A DNA stretch of 64,000 nt, taken from assembly GCA_965221775.1 (NCBI GenBank), contig CBDCSU010000005.1:352001-416000 (forward strand). The letters run 5' to 3'. The notes under the pieces were generated by a model that made no database searches, had not been told where the DNA came from, and saw only the letters and a list, made by a program, of their open reading frames with translations. A program made the translations under genes and the position numbers. Source of the stretch: Candidatus Latescibacterota bacterium (GTDB lineage: Bacteria > Latescibacterota > UBA2968 > UBA8231). Shown here in pieces: positions 9,352-19,123 of the stretch (the stretch's first letter is position 1; each line of letters starts with the position of its first letter).

Positions 9352-12062
9352 CCCTGGAAGGGCTCCAGTCCCAGCAGCAGCCGGACGAACAGCAGCGAGC
9401 GCTCCACATCGAGCTGCTTCCGGCTCCTGTCCTCGAATCGAAGGGTCTTGGCGAGGTATCCGGCGTTCAGGGTCAGGTAGTAACCCTCGTACGTGGTGCG
9501 GTTGGTGACGGAGACGATGTAGTCCCTGCTGCCGTAGTCGACCTGGTCGTTGATCAGGTTCCTGTAGGTGCTGGACAGGAAGGGGAAACCCTGGGCCCCG
9601 GCGCTCAGACTGGTCTGGGGGGACAGGGCCACCGTGGCCACCACCATGGGGTAGAAGTAGCGCTCGGAGACGGGATGGACATGGATGTCACCGCCTCGCC
9701 TCCGGTAGGCCATGTACTTGGCCCTGGGCGTCACCGTCCACCGGTCCCTCTTCCAGGTGTAGCCGCTGCGCAGCACCCACGCCCACTCCTGGATCGTGTC
9801 GGCGGGCTGGAAGGCGGAGGCCCGCTGCCGATTGACCGTGTGCTTGAGCCGGCTGTTGACCTCCAGGTCCTTCACCCGGAGGAAGGTGGCGTCGAGGTGA
9901 GCCGTGTTGACGACGCTGTCCCTCATCAGCAGCGGGTCTTCGACCTGCGTCAGACCCTGGACGCTGGCCACCGAGGTGGGGTCGATCGGCAGTCCGTGGG
10001 GCGTGAAGAAGCCGAACTGGGGGGAATCGTCGGCGATGTCGTCATGGACCCGCTTGAAGAAGTCGGAGAAGTCGATCGAGGCATAGGGGAAGAGGGTGCG
10101 CCGGTAGTTCAGGCGCACGTAGTTGACGCGGTTCTTGCCCGGTCCCCAGATCTCGCGGACATGGAAGCGCCCCGCGCTCAGTTCCAGGGCCTCCACCGGC
10201 TCGACGGTGCCGAAGAGGTGATACCCCTTCCTGTCCGTCGGATAGGGGTAGTCCGGCCGGAAGTCGTCCTCGCGGTGATCGATCACCCCGTTGTTGTTCA
10301 TGTCGTCGCCGTAGTCGTACTCCAGGGGATCGACATGGTAGAGCAGGAAAGGCTCGTTGTAGTCGGGCTCGGCGTTGCCGTTCTCGTTCACGTCGGTCCG
10401 GCCGTCCTGGTCCCGGTCGAGTCCAGGGAAGACGCCGTCCCCATCGCCGAAGCTCTTGTTGAGGAAATGGAAGTCGGGCCACAGGTCCTTGTCGTCGTTG
10501 TCGTCCACCGTGTCGAGGATGACGGTGTCGTTGTACCTGTCCTGCCAGTTCGGAGCGACCTCTCCGATGAAGGGACTGCCGAGGTCATCGGAGTAGGTCC
10601 AGTACTCCCTGCTCTGCACGGAGAGGGAAGTGCCGTAGAGGGGGTCCATCCGGAAGTACTCGCCGGCCAGGCGAAACCACGCGAGCTGCTTCCTGGCGTG
10701 GACGAAGAAGGCATCCGCCGTCTCCCGGTGCCAGCGGCTGCGCCCGATCGTGCTCGGATACTGGAGGTAGTTGAAGCTGCGGGCGTACTCCCCGCGCACC
10801 TGGAATCCCTCCCGGTCCAGTTCCAGGCGCAGGCTGCCCGTGGTGCGGCCGCTCTGGCGGCCGTACTCGAAGGAGACGCGGCGCAGATTGCCCAGGTCGC
10901 CCACGTTTCCCTCCTGGGACGCCACGTCGCGGAAGAAGGTGGCCCGCACCACCCGGAGGTCCGGGTTGCTGGTGGTGGCCGCCGCCGCGGGCAGGAAGAC
11001 CTCGGAGAGGCTGATGCGGTAGTCGTTGGCCACCAGGGCGCTGAAGCGGACGGACTCGACCTCGTCGCGCATCTCCTGGGGGATCTTGAACCAGTAGATG
11101 AGATACTCGGTCCCGTTGGCCTCCAGGAAGCCCTGGGCGCCGGGGTCCTGAAGGGGCAGGTCCCCCTTCAGGAACTCGATGTAGGGAGGAATCGTGAAGC
11201 CCGGCCGGAAGGCCCTGTCCCCGTTCGGGAAGTGCGGATTCACCACGTCGGCGTCGTGGCGGGTCACGCTGACTTCCACGGCGTCGTTGAGGGGGCCGTC
11301 GACGCGAACGTCGTAGACCCGCGCGCCCCGGCCGTCGTCCTCCGAGCCGTCGCTGATCCTCACGGCCAGATAGGCGGGAGGATTCTTCAGCCGCGAAGGC
11401 AGCACGCCCTTGAGGCTGTTGTCCCCGAAGCCGACGAAGCTGTCGGTGCGCAGGAGGTTGGCGTAGGAGAGGCTCACTCGGAGGGCTCCCGCCCTGTGCG
11501 CGAGGTGACCGCCGAGGAGGTAGGTGGGCTCGTTCGTCAACATGTGGAACTCGTTGTCGTCGTCGTTGTAGATCGGCCAGTCGAACCGCGACGACACCGC
11601 GGTGGCCTGCGTGCTTCCGAGGTCCACGTCCCAGCGAATCCCGTTCAACTGGGCCAGGTCCAGGGTCAGGGGAGTGAACTTGGTGCGTATCCGGTTCCCC
11701 ACCATCAGCCGGCTGGCCCAGTCCTTGTGGGTATCGTGGGCCACCACGAGGTTGCCCACGAGGGCCCGGAACTGCGGGTCCTTGTTCAGCATGCTCCCGG
11801 GATCCCACTCCATGGGCCGCGTCTCCTGGCTGCGCCAGATCTCGGTGCCGTCGAGGAGGAAGTTGCCCAGCTCGTCGAAGACGGGGGCCCGGATCTGCGA
11901 CCACAGAGAGGCCGTGTACTCCCTGTGACCGGTGCGGGCGTAGTACTGCTCATAGTCGCGGACCGGCTCGTAGAGGAGCTGGCTCTCCCCGGGCCCCGAG
12001 GACAGTATCAGCCAGGCGGCCAGCGGAGCAGCGGAGAATCCAGGTATTCCACCCACCCTCAT
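9348..12062 (-). CDS. Uncharacterised large probable outer-membrane protein, paralog B
   Basis: Start placed at ATG 12062 (MRVGGIPGFSAAPLAAWLIL signal), 2 nt after the paralog C stop. Shares family motifs FTPLTL, NDYRI, GNV.D, DNDD.D..PD, DGVFPG.D.D.D, D.NNNG..D.REDD, RVHDDI, G.QG.P, N...Y.GY. Confidence 0.8.
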   Translation of the reverse strand: MRVGGIPGFSAAPLAAWLILSSGPGESQLLYEPVRDYEQYYARTGHREYTASLWSQIRAPVFDELGNFLLDGTEIWRSQETRPMEWDPGSMLNKDPQFRALVGNLVVAHDTHKDWASRLMVGNRIRTKFTPLTLDLAQLNGIRWDVDLGSTQATAVSSRFDWPIYNDDDNEFHMLTNEPTYLLGGHLAHRAGALRVSLSYANLLRTDSFVGFGDNSLKGVLPSRLKNPPAYLAVRISDGSEDDGRGARVYDVRVDGPLNDAVEVSVTRHDADVVNPHFPNGDRAFRPGFTIPPYIEFLKGDLPLQDPGAQGFLEANGTEYLIYWFKIPQEMRDEVESVRFSALVANDYRISLSEVFLPAAAATTSNPDLRVVRATFFRDVASQEGNVGDLGNLRRVSFEYGRQSGRTTGSLRLELDREGFQVRGEYARSFNYLQYPSTIGRSRWHRETADAFFVHARKQLAWFRLAGEYFRMDPLYGTSLSVQSREYWTYSDDLGSPFIGEVAPNWQDRYNDTVILDTVDDNDDKDLWPDFHFLNKSFGDGDGVFPGLDRDQDGRTDVNENGNAEPDYNEPFLLYHVDPLEYDYGDDMNNNGVIDHREDDFRPDYPYPTDRKGYHLFGTVEPVEALELSAGRFHVREIWGPGKNRVNYVRLNYRRTLFPYASIDFSDFFKRVHDDIADDSPQFGFFTPHGLPIDPTSVASVQGLTQVEDPLLMRDSVVNTAHLDATFLRVKDLEVNSRLKHTVNRQRASAFQPADTIQEWAWVLRSGYTWKRDRWTVTPRAKYMAYRRRGGDIHVHPVSERYFYPMVVATVALSPQTSLSAGAQGFPFLSSTYRNLINDQVDYGSRDYIVSVTNRTTYEGYYLTLNAGYLAKTLRFEDRSRKQLDVERSLLFVRLLLGLEPFQG

Positions 12063-12064
12063 GG

Positions 12065-14893
12065 CTACAGGATCCTCGCCTGGATGAAGAACTCGCTGAG
12101 CCGCTGGGTCCGCCGGCTCGGCAGGTTGACGAACTCCGAGCGGCTGGAGCGGAAGCCGAGATTCGTGCTCACGTCGTAGCCGGTGTAGTTGCTCAGGTTC
12201 TGGATGAGGACGATCCAGTGGCGCGCGTCGAAGTCCCTCGACGCCGCCTCGGCATCGCGGAACCGGTGGGCCCACGGCAGTCCCTGCACGCCCGCGCGGA
12301 GGGTTGTGTGCTCACTCAGGGCATAGTCGGCCCTGAGAATGGGGATGATCTCGTGGCTCTCCAGGGGCATGACGAGATCCTCGGGCGCCGACCGCCGCCG
12401 CAGGGCGAGCTTCACCATCGGGCTCAGGGTCAGCCCGCCCCTGACAAAGGCGTAGTCCGCTTTGCTCACGAGGCTCCAATCGAGGATGTCGTCTCCCAAC
12501 CCGGGCCGGCTGTCCCTGCGGTTGTTCCACTCGACCTTGGCTGCCTGGATGACGTTGAGCCCCTCGATGCCGGTGTAATGCCCCTTTGCGAAGAGGGTGT
12601 TCACGAGGCTGTTCTCCATCAGCATCAGATCGGGCCGCGGTCGAATGGCCACGTTGACCTGGGTCTGGGGCTCGATCACCGCCTCGTACAGTGGATTGGC
12701 TATGTCGTCGCGAACACGCTTGAGGCGCCAGCGGGCGATGAATCGGCCCGCTTCGCTCCCCTCCAACGTGTAGCCCAGCTCGCCGTAGGTCACCTCGTTC
12801 CGGCCCGCCGCCGCTCGCTGCCGAACCCCGTACCGCCCGAGACGCAGCGCTGCTTTCTCGAAGGGCTGGGCCGAGGCAAAGCCGTGGTAGCCCCGGCTGT
12901 CCAGGTCGTAGGGGAGGTCCGGCTTGTTGTCGTTCTCGCGCACGTCGACGACGCCGTTGTTGTTGAAGTCCTCCCCGTACACGAAGTCGTCCGGCTCGAC
13001 GTAGTACATGAGGAAGGGCTCGAGATAGTCCGGGAACTGGTTGCGGTTGACGTTGGTGTCCACCACCCCGTCCTCGTCCTGGTCCAGGCCCGGGAATACC
13101 CCGTGCCCTCCGCCCAGACCAAACTCGCCGGCCGCATCGGGCCGGATGGCGTCCACGTCGATTCCCGAGGCGTTGGCATAGGCGATGTAGACGGGGTCCA
13201 GAGGGTCCCAGTGCTCCACCTTGTCCGGCCACTCGTCCCCGTCGTCGTTGTCCTCCACCAAGTCCCACCCCAGGACGGCCTGCTGGCCTTCGGACCACAC
13301 GGGCAACGAGACCTGGTAGGTGGGAGGGACGTCGAAGAGCTCCAACCCCACGTCCGCGAGGGACCCCTCCTGCAGGAGACGCACGTAGTACGCGCTCGTG
13401 GCGCGGCTGTCCCGGCGGCCTGCGAAGGGGAAGCGGGCGTGCTGGACGTTGCTGATGTACTCCGCCTCGAGGTTGGCGCCGCCGATCTTCGCCTCCACCG
13501 TGCTGCCGAACTGGACGAGGCCCGTGGGGAAGGCGTAGTCGACGGTGACCCAGCCCATGTTCGACCCGTCCTGCACGTTGCCGGGCGCCCGCTTGACGTT
13601 GTGCCAGTCGCTCCAGAGCGAGGTGCCGCCACCGAAGAAGCCGTAGGCGGCGCCCACGTCGAGGCTGTAGTCTCCGGCCACCTGCACCCGGAACTGCAGG
13701 CTCTGGGGATCGCCGGGTATCTCGTAGCGCAGTACCAGCAGGTCCGTGCCGCCCACCTCAAGCGGAAAGGGCCCGTCGAGGGGGATGCCCTCCCTGGCGA
13801 AGAGTCCCGTGCGCTCGACGAAGATCCGGTCGGCATTGAAGATCCGGGGTGCCCACGCTCCGTCCCGGCGAATGTGGGGAACTTCACTCACCTCCACGAC
13901 TTGGGGGATCAGCTTCACCTCGGGCTCCGCGTCCACCCGCTGCCGGTCGACGTACAGCTCCACCGCGAACAGATCGACACCGTCTCCGTCCCCGGGCGAA
14001 TCGTCGCTGATGACCAGGTAGAAGGACGACGTGCCGGTCAGGCGCGAAGGGACGTCCCCCCGAAGGCTCGTGTTCCGCCGGGACGCATCCTGCAGGTGGA
14101 GGTTCACGTAGGAGGCCCCGAAGGTCAGGATGTCGCCGAACTGGCTGCTCCAGTGGCCTCCGAAGAGGTAGTGGGTGAAGTGTCGCGACCCCGTCAGCGG
14201 CCGGGGCACCCGGGAGGAGATCAGGGAGAAGCTGTTGCGGTGGGAGGACGCATCCCAGCGGAGCCCCTCGAGGCGGGACAGGTTCAGGGTCAGTGGAGTG
14301 AACCGGCCGTCCAGGAGGTCGCCGATCATGAACCGGGTGGACCAGCCGCCGAAGGCGTCGCGGAGGATCACCATGTTGCGGAACTGGCCCAGACCCCAAC
14401 CGGGAACCCTGCTGCTGCGCGCGGGGTCCAGGGTGCCGTACTCCTCGATCCGCAGGATCTCCACCCCGTCGACCAAGTAGGAGCCGAAGGGATCGTAGGT
14501 GGGGCGCTCCGGACGGAATCCGTAGTCCCGGTAGCTGAGGAAACTGTAGTTCTCGTAGCGCTCGTCCCAGAGGGGACGCAGCTCCCGGTTCAGGAAATCC
14601 TGCTGTCCCGACCAGTAGTCCTCGGGGGAGCGCTGTGCCAGGCAGGGTGCGGCCAGGCTGCCTGCCAGCAACCACACGGCAAGACCCGCCGCCCGGCGGC
14701 GCCGTGTCCGGCCAGCGGCGCCGGACGGGCCACCGGCGCGGCGGCCTCGGGCGATCGGGTGACCCGCATGATCCTCAAACCGATGGAAGGCGGGACGTTG
14801 CTCGACCGGGGGGCCGACCTCCAGTACAGGCGCGGCCCCTTCGGGCCCATCACCCGTCCCGTTCGTCCTCTCGGAGGCCTCGTCGGTTGCCAA
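12065..14893 (-). CDS. Uncharacterised large probable outer-membrane protein, paralog C
   Basis: Same family motifs (FTPLTL, SDDSP, GNVQD, VEDNDDGDEWPD, GVFPGLDQDEDG, DFNNNGVVDVREND, GVQGLP). The signal peptide (RRRRAAGLAVWLLAGSLAAPCLAQ) lies ~60 aa inside the TTG-started ORF, so the true start is uncertain. Confidence 0.8.
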   Translation of the reverse strand: MATDEASERTNGTGDGPEGAAPVLEVGPPVEQRPAFHRFEDHAGHPIARGRRAGGPSGAAGRTRRRRAAGLAVWLLAGSLAAPCLAQRSPEDYWSGQQDFLNRELRPLWDERYENYSFLSYRDYGFRPERPTYDPFGSYLVDGVEILRIEEYGTLDPARSSRVPGWGLGQFRNMVILRDAFGGWSTRFMIGDLLDGRFTPLTLNLSRLEGLRWDASSHRNSFSLISSRVPRPLTGSRHFTHYLFGGHWSSQFGDILTFGASYVNLHLQDASRRNTSLRGDVPSRLTGTSSFYLVISDDSPGDGDGVDLFAVELYVDRQRVDAEPEVKLIPQVVEVSEVPHIRRDGAWAPRIFNADRIFVERTGLFAREGIPLDGPFPLEVGGTDLLVLRYEIPGDPQSLQFRVQVAGDYSLDVGAAYGFFGGGTSLWSDWHNVKRAPGNVQDGSNMGWVTVDYAFPTGLVQFGSTVEAKIGGANLEAEYISNVQHARFPFAGRRDSRATSAYYVRLLQEGSLADVGLELFDVPPTYQVSLPVWSEGQQAVLGWDLVEDNDDGDEWPDKVEHWDPLDPVYIAYANASGIDVDAIRPDAAGEFGLGGGHGVFPGLDQDEDGVVDTNVNRNQFPDYLEPFLMYYVEPDDFVYGEDFNNNGVVDVRENDNKPDLPYDLDSRGYHGFASAQPFEKAALRLGRYGVRQRAAAGRNEVTYGELGYTLEGSEAGRFIARWRLKRVRDDIANPLYEAVIEPQTQVNVAIRPRPDLMLMENSLVNTLFAKGHYTGIEGLNVIQAAKVEWNNRRDSRPGLGDDILDWSLVSKADYAFVRGGLTLSPMVKLALRRRSAPEDLVMPLESHEIIPILRADYALSEHTTLRAGVQGLPWAHRFRDAEAASRDFDARHWIVLIQNLSNYTGYDVSTNLGFRSSRSEFVNLPSRRTQRLSEFFIQARIL

Positions 14894-14920
14894 GTCAAGC
14901 CAGACAGGAAGCGAAGCTTC

Positions 14921-16987
14921 TCAGTAAGCCACCCCTACGACGCCGGTGGCGGTTTCGGTCCCGGCGTCGAGCTCCACCTGGACGCGGTAGAGGTAGTTGC
15001 CCGGCGGCACCAGCCGGCCTTCGTCGTCCCTGCCGTCCCAGTATCCGGGGACGATACCCCGTGCCCCGCTGACGAGGCGCAGGTAGACGCCGGCCGCCAG
15101 GGGGGACGGCTTCAGATCGCGCACCAGAGCGCCCCGGAGGTCGAAGATGCGCAGTCCCAGGTCGCGGGGCGTGTCTACCTTGCTGAGAATGAACTCGATG
15201 ACGGTGTCATCGTTGATGTCGTCACCGTTGGGTGTGAACACGGAGGGATTGGCGCGGACGTTCGACAAGGCGTCCTCGGGAGAGGTCGTCGGGACCACCG
15301 CCCAGGAGAAGGGCTCGCCCGTGCTCTCGTCCATACCGAGGCTCTCGGCCACGTTGACGGGGTTGTCCGACCCGGGGCTGAAGAGAAAGACGCGGAACTC
15401 GTGGCTGTTCGCGTGGGAGCGGGCCCGAAAGGGTATCTGCAGTTGGTCGATGTCGCGCACCGGCTCGGAGAAGACGAGCTCAAGCGCATCCTGCGTGGAG
15501 ATCCAGCTCTCCAGGATCCCCTGGAGCTGACCGTCGTCGACCAGTCGGGCCTCGCTGGGGACGGCGACGCGGAGCCGCTCGATCCCCGAGTCTTCGGGGG
15601 AAAAGGCCAGGTCCAGGGTGCACACGAAGAGGGTGTCGGCACCCATGGACACGCGGTTGGGCGAGATCCTGGAATGGGCGCCGGAAACGGCGATCTCCTC
15701 GGTCGTGTAGTCCAGCTCCAGGCTGTGCAATGCCGGCGTGCGCCGCTGGTCCCTGGACTCCAGGGCGACCCGGTATTGGAGCCAGGCTCCCGGCTCCGAG
15801 GCGGGGAACCAGACCTCTCCACTCGACAGAGGGGTGCTCCACCCCCGCTTGGGATCCTCGAAGTCCGACGGGGAATTCCCCGTCCGGAACTGGACGAAGA
15901 GATCCGTGCGCTCGGGGATCTCGGCATCCCAGCGCACGCGGCCGAAATTCTTGGCCTGGTCGGGCGCGCCCAGCGAGAGAGGATCGGAGAGGTATGTGCC
16001 CTCGTCCGTGTACCCGTCTCCGTAGACCTCCACCTCGGCCACCTTGGGAGGGCTCACGGAGTTGATGTCGACGATCACGACTCGCACGTACCGGGTCCAC
16101 ACCGGCGTAAAGCGCACCTCGGTCCAGTCGAACTTCTCGATATCGTGGATGACGCCCACCTCGGTCCAGCGGACCCGGTCGTCGCTGACCTGCACCGAGT
16201 AGCCCCTCAACGAATTCTCCTCCAGCTGGCCGGGATTGCTCCCCCTGGTGATGACGCGGACGCTGCTGACGTTGCGCCTGACCTGCAGATCCACACTGGC
16301 CGAGTAGTTGAGAGCAGAGGTGGGCGGGTCCCAGGAGGTGTTCAGCTTGCCGTCCACGACTTCCACACGGTTGCTCGGCTTGTCGAGGGCCAGGTTCTGG
16401 CCGCGAATCTGACTGAGAACCAGGCTTCCCTGCCGGGCGCCCACGTCGATCCCCGACGGGAACCCGGAGACGATCTCGATCTCCGGGTCGAGCAGATCCT
16501 GGATCCGGGCGCGCTCGACCGCCCCCTGCTGCACGGCCTGCCACGCCGGATCGTCCTCCGGATCGGCCGTCGTCCACTCGAGACCCTGCTGCTCGAAGGA
16601 GGTCCAGTACCACCCCTGCACCACCTGGTTCGTGGTCGTCTCGATCCGGTACTCGTCGGTGACCACCGCGGCGATGAGGCCGTTGCCGGCGCCGGCGCCG
16701 CGGTTGACGACCTTCACGGCGATGTCATTCCCCGCATTCCCGTCCTGCACCTGGACGGCATAGACCTGCATCCGGGTACCGAGAGAGTCCCCGCCGAGGA
16801 GCACGCCGTTGAAGTAGACCTCGTAGCTGTCCACGGCGGCCACGTGGAGCCTGGCCTCGAGAGCGGCGTCGGAAACGAAGTTGGAACGGAAGTAGGTGGT
16901 GCTACGCCACGAACTCTGCTCCCAGGTCTGCGCGGTGACCGCAGCCGTGCAGCAGAGCACGATGAGGGAGGTGAAGCGGATAGACAT
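14921..16987 (-). CDS. Secreted F5/8 type C (discoidin/CBM32-like) domain protein with CHU_C (T9SS type B-like) / FlgD-Ig C-terminal domain
   Basis: Signal MSIRFTSLIVLCCTAAVTA. Discoidin pattern VDLQ...YSVQVSDD...WT...RYVRVVI...VAEVEVYG. C-terminus NPSVFTPNGDDIND...LRIFDLRGALVRDL...WDGRDDEGRLVPPGNYLYRV. Confidence 0.85.
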   Translation of the reverse strand: MSIRFTSLIVLCCTAAVTAQTWEQSSWRSTTYFRSNFVSDAALEARLHVAAVDSYEVYFNGVLLGGDSLGTRMQVYAVQVQDGNAGNDIAVKVVNRGAGAGNGLIAAVVTDEYRIETTTNQVVQGWYWTSFEQQGLEWTTADPEDDPAWQAVQQGAVERARIQDLLDPEIEIVSGFPSGIDVGARQGSLVLSQIRGQNLALDKPSNRVEVVDGKLNTSWDPPTSALNYSASVDLQVRRNVSSVRVITRGSNPGQLEENSLRGYSVQVSDDRVRWTEVGVIHDIEKFDWTEVRFTPVWTRYVRVVIVDINSVSPPKVAEVEVYGDGYTDEGTYLSDPLSLGAPDQAKNFGRVRWDAEIPERTDLFVQFRTGNSPSDFEDPKRGWSTPLSSGEVWFPASEPGAWLQYRVALESRDQRRTPALHSLELDYTTEEIAVSGAHSRISPNRVSMGADTLFVCTLDLAFSPEDSGIERLRVAVPSEARLVDDGQLQGILESWISTQDALELVFSEPVRDIDQLQIPFRARSHANSHEFRVFLFSPGSDNPVNVAESLGMDESTGEPFSWAVVPTTSPEDALSNVRANPSVFTPNGDDINDDTVIEFILSKVDTPRDLGLRIFDLRGALVRDLKPSPLAAGVYLRLVSGARGIVPGYWDGRDDEGRLVPPGNYLYRVQVELDAGTETATGVVGVAY

Positions 16988-17090
16988 CAGGCGGTTTCCC
17001 TTGCCGATAGAAACAAATGGGTGGCCGGCTTGCACCGGCCACCCATTCCGAGTCAGGCTGCTCCCAAACAGGGACGCCCGCTGACCGCTT

Positions 17091-18938
17091 TTACTTGAGC
17101 AGAGTCACGCGCTTGCTCTCGGCAAAACTCCCCGCGACCATCCGCAGGACATAGACCCCGCTGCCAACCTTGACGCCCTGGTAGTCCGTGCCGTCCCAGG
17201 TGACGTGGTAGGAGCCGGAGTCCAGCACTTGATCCACCAGCCTGGCCACTTCCTGGCCGGCCACGTTGTGCACGGTCAGTGTCACCGACTCGTTGATCTC
17301 GGGAACGGCGATGCGGACGGTCGTCTCGGGGTTGAAGGGGTTCGGGAACGCATCACCCAGTGCGAAAGCGCCGGGCGTGGCCCCACCTTCCAACTCCGTG
17401 ACGTCCGTGGTCAGGCCGTCGCCCACCTTCGCCCGTGCGATGTCCATGGGGAAGTGTGCCAGGTACGGACCGGCTCCCACGCCGATGTAGAGACCGTCGG
17501 CCTCGTTGTCGTTGTCCATCAGCATGGCGATGCCGCCGAGTGAGCCCGGGGGCATGTGGATTCCCACGTTGAGCTTGAACAGACCGAAGCCGTCGGGTCC
17601 CATGACCGTGGCCCATTCAGGCGCCTCCCAGCCGCCGATGAGGCTGATACCCCAGCGGGTGGCCAGTATGCTGATCGGAATGTTCGAGGGGATCCCCAGG
17701 GCCTCCCTCTCCTCCCTGGTGTAGAAGTCCAGGTAGAAGTCGCCGTTCTGGTTTTTCCAGACCAGGTTGAGGTCCTTGTCGGTCTTGGTCGGACCCGCTC
17801 CTTCCCGGCCGAGGTAACTGGTCCCGTAGTAGCCCGTGTCGTCGACGTCGAACCCCGCAACTGCCTTGAAGTTCCTCGGGGCGCCTTCGTCGTTGAAGAC
17901 CTGGGGGAAGTAGTCCAGGAAGGAGAGGACCTCCACCAGCTCTCCGGTGGCGCGGTCGAATATCTGCACCGCCGGACCCGGCGAACCGTAGGGCTCCACG
18001 TGGTCGGCGACGGTGGCGTAGAGCATGCCGTCGTCGGCCACCCAGGGATGGTGGCGGGCGTTGGCCACCATGGTGGTGATGCCGCGGACCTCCATGGCGA
18101 TGTAGCCGCCGTCGGCGTTCTCCCAGCTCTCGTCCAGCAGCGCCGTGCCCGCCTCGCGATCGATGATCGCCCGGTACAGGCCGCCCGGCGGGTTCTGGAA
18201 GCGGATGACGTAGGCCACGCCATCTTCCGACGGGTCCATCTGCAGATAGCCGACATCCTTCCAGTCATTCCCGGTCTCGCCCGGGACCGCGTTGACCCAC
18301 GGGATGGCGAAGGTCTCGAAGGCCTCGGGGTTGGCGAGCAGGTCGGTGCCCATCTCGCTCACCCTGATGTTCCAGACGCCCTCGATCTGCTGGGGGAACC
18401 AGATCTCCGGAGGACTCGCCTGGTCGTTGACCACCGAGTTCTGCCAAGGGGCCATGGTACCGCCCGCGTAGGTGGGCTTGGAGTCGACGTCGATGGCGAA
18501 CAGGTAGGTCCTGTAGGTGCCGGAGCCGACGGTCGCTCCCGTGTAATCCGTGCCGTCCCAGGTGATGGTGTTCGAGCCCGCGTCGAACCGGTCTCCGGCA
18601 CTGATGTAGACGAGGGTATCCAGACCGGCGGCGCGGATCAGGCTCTGTTCGATGCCTCCCACCCCGAAAGGCTCTCCGCCGTACTGGGGATTGGCATCGA
18701 GGGTGTACACGGCAAGCCAGACCATGGCCGAGGGAACGCCTTCGATGGTGAAGGGGATCTCGACCGCGGAACCGTCAAAGGTGTGGTTCACGTCCTGCGT
18801 CGAGAGCTTCAGCACCGTCGGCGCGCCGCCCTTCCAGTGGACGTCAAAGCCCTGCCAGTCGGGGTTGGACTGGCCGAAGTCGTTTGCCGCGGCCGTCCCG
18901 AGGAGTCCGGAACACAACAGCAGGATCGCCTTCTTCAT
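17091..18938 (-). CDS. Secreted protein with N-terminal FlgD-Ig domain and C-terminal T9SS type A-like / FlgD-Ig sorting domain
   Basis: AAGGAG RBS before ATG 18938 and signal MKKAILLLCSGLLGTAAA. C-terminus FALGDAFPNPFNPET...VHNVAGQEVARLV...WDGTD..G..VGSGVY...SKRVTLLK. A second WDGTDYTG..VGSGTY motif lies near the N-terminus. Confidence 0.9.
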   Translation of the reverse strand: MKKAILLLCSGLLGTAAANDFGQSNPDWQGFDVHWKGGAPTVLKLSTQDVNHTFDGSAVEIPFTIEGVPSAMVWLAVYTLDANPQYGGEPFGVGGIEQSLIRAAGLDTLVYISAGDRFDAGSNTITWDGTDYTGATVGSGTYRTYLFAIDVDSKPTYAGGTMAPWQNSVVNDQASPPEIWFPQQIEGVWNIRVSEMGTDLLANPEAFETFAIPWVNAVPGETGNDWKDVGYLQMDPSEDGVAYVIRFQNPPGGLYRAIIDREAGTALLDESWENADGGYIAMEVRGITTMVANARHHPWVADDGMLYATVADHVEPYGSPGPAVQIFDRATGELVEVLSFLDYFPQVFNDEGAPRNFKAVAGFDVDDTGYYGTSYLGREGAGPTKTDKDLNLVWKNQNGDFYLDFYTREEREALGIPSNIPISILATRWGISLIGGWEAPEWATVMGPDGFGLFKLNVGIHMPPGSLGGIAMLMDNDNEADGLYIGVGAGPYLAHFPMDIARAKVGDGLTTDVTELEGGATPGAFALGDAFPNPFNPETTVRIAVPEINESVTLTVHNVAGQEVARLVDQVLDSGSYHVTWDGTDYQGVKVGSGVYVLRMVAGSFAESKRVTLLK

Positions 18939-19094
18939 GGGATACTCCTTTTCTCCGCCCCGGACTCCCGTCTGGCCCGGTGTGGCGTGAGTTCGTGGCC
19001 TGCCTCGTCCTGCCGGGTCTCGGCAGGGCCCAAGAGGCCACAATGATCGGCAACTCAACCCCTTTGGGGGTTCGTCCATTCGTTCACTAGAAGA

Positions 19095-19123
19095 CTGTTA
19101 CTGCTCTTTCGGATGGAAGTCAA
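19095..19123 (-). promoter_or_regulatory. Candidate sigma70-type promoter for the leftward envelope operon
   Basis: Minus strand TTGACT-17 nt-TAACAG, preceded by a T-rich tract. The -10 match is weak. Confidence 0.4.
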
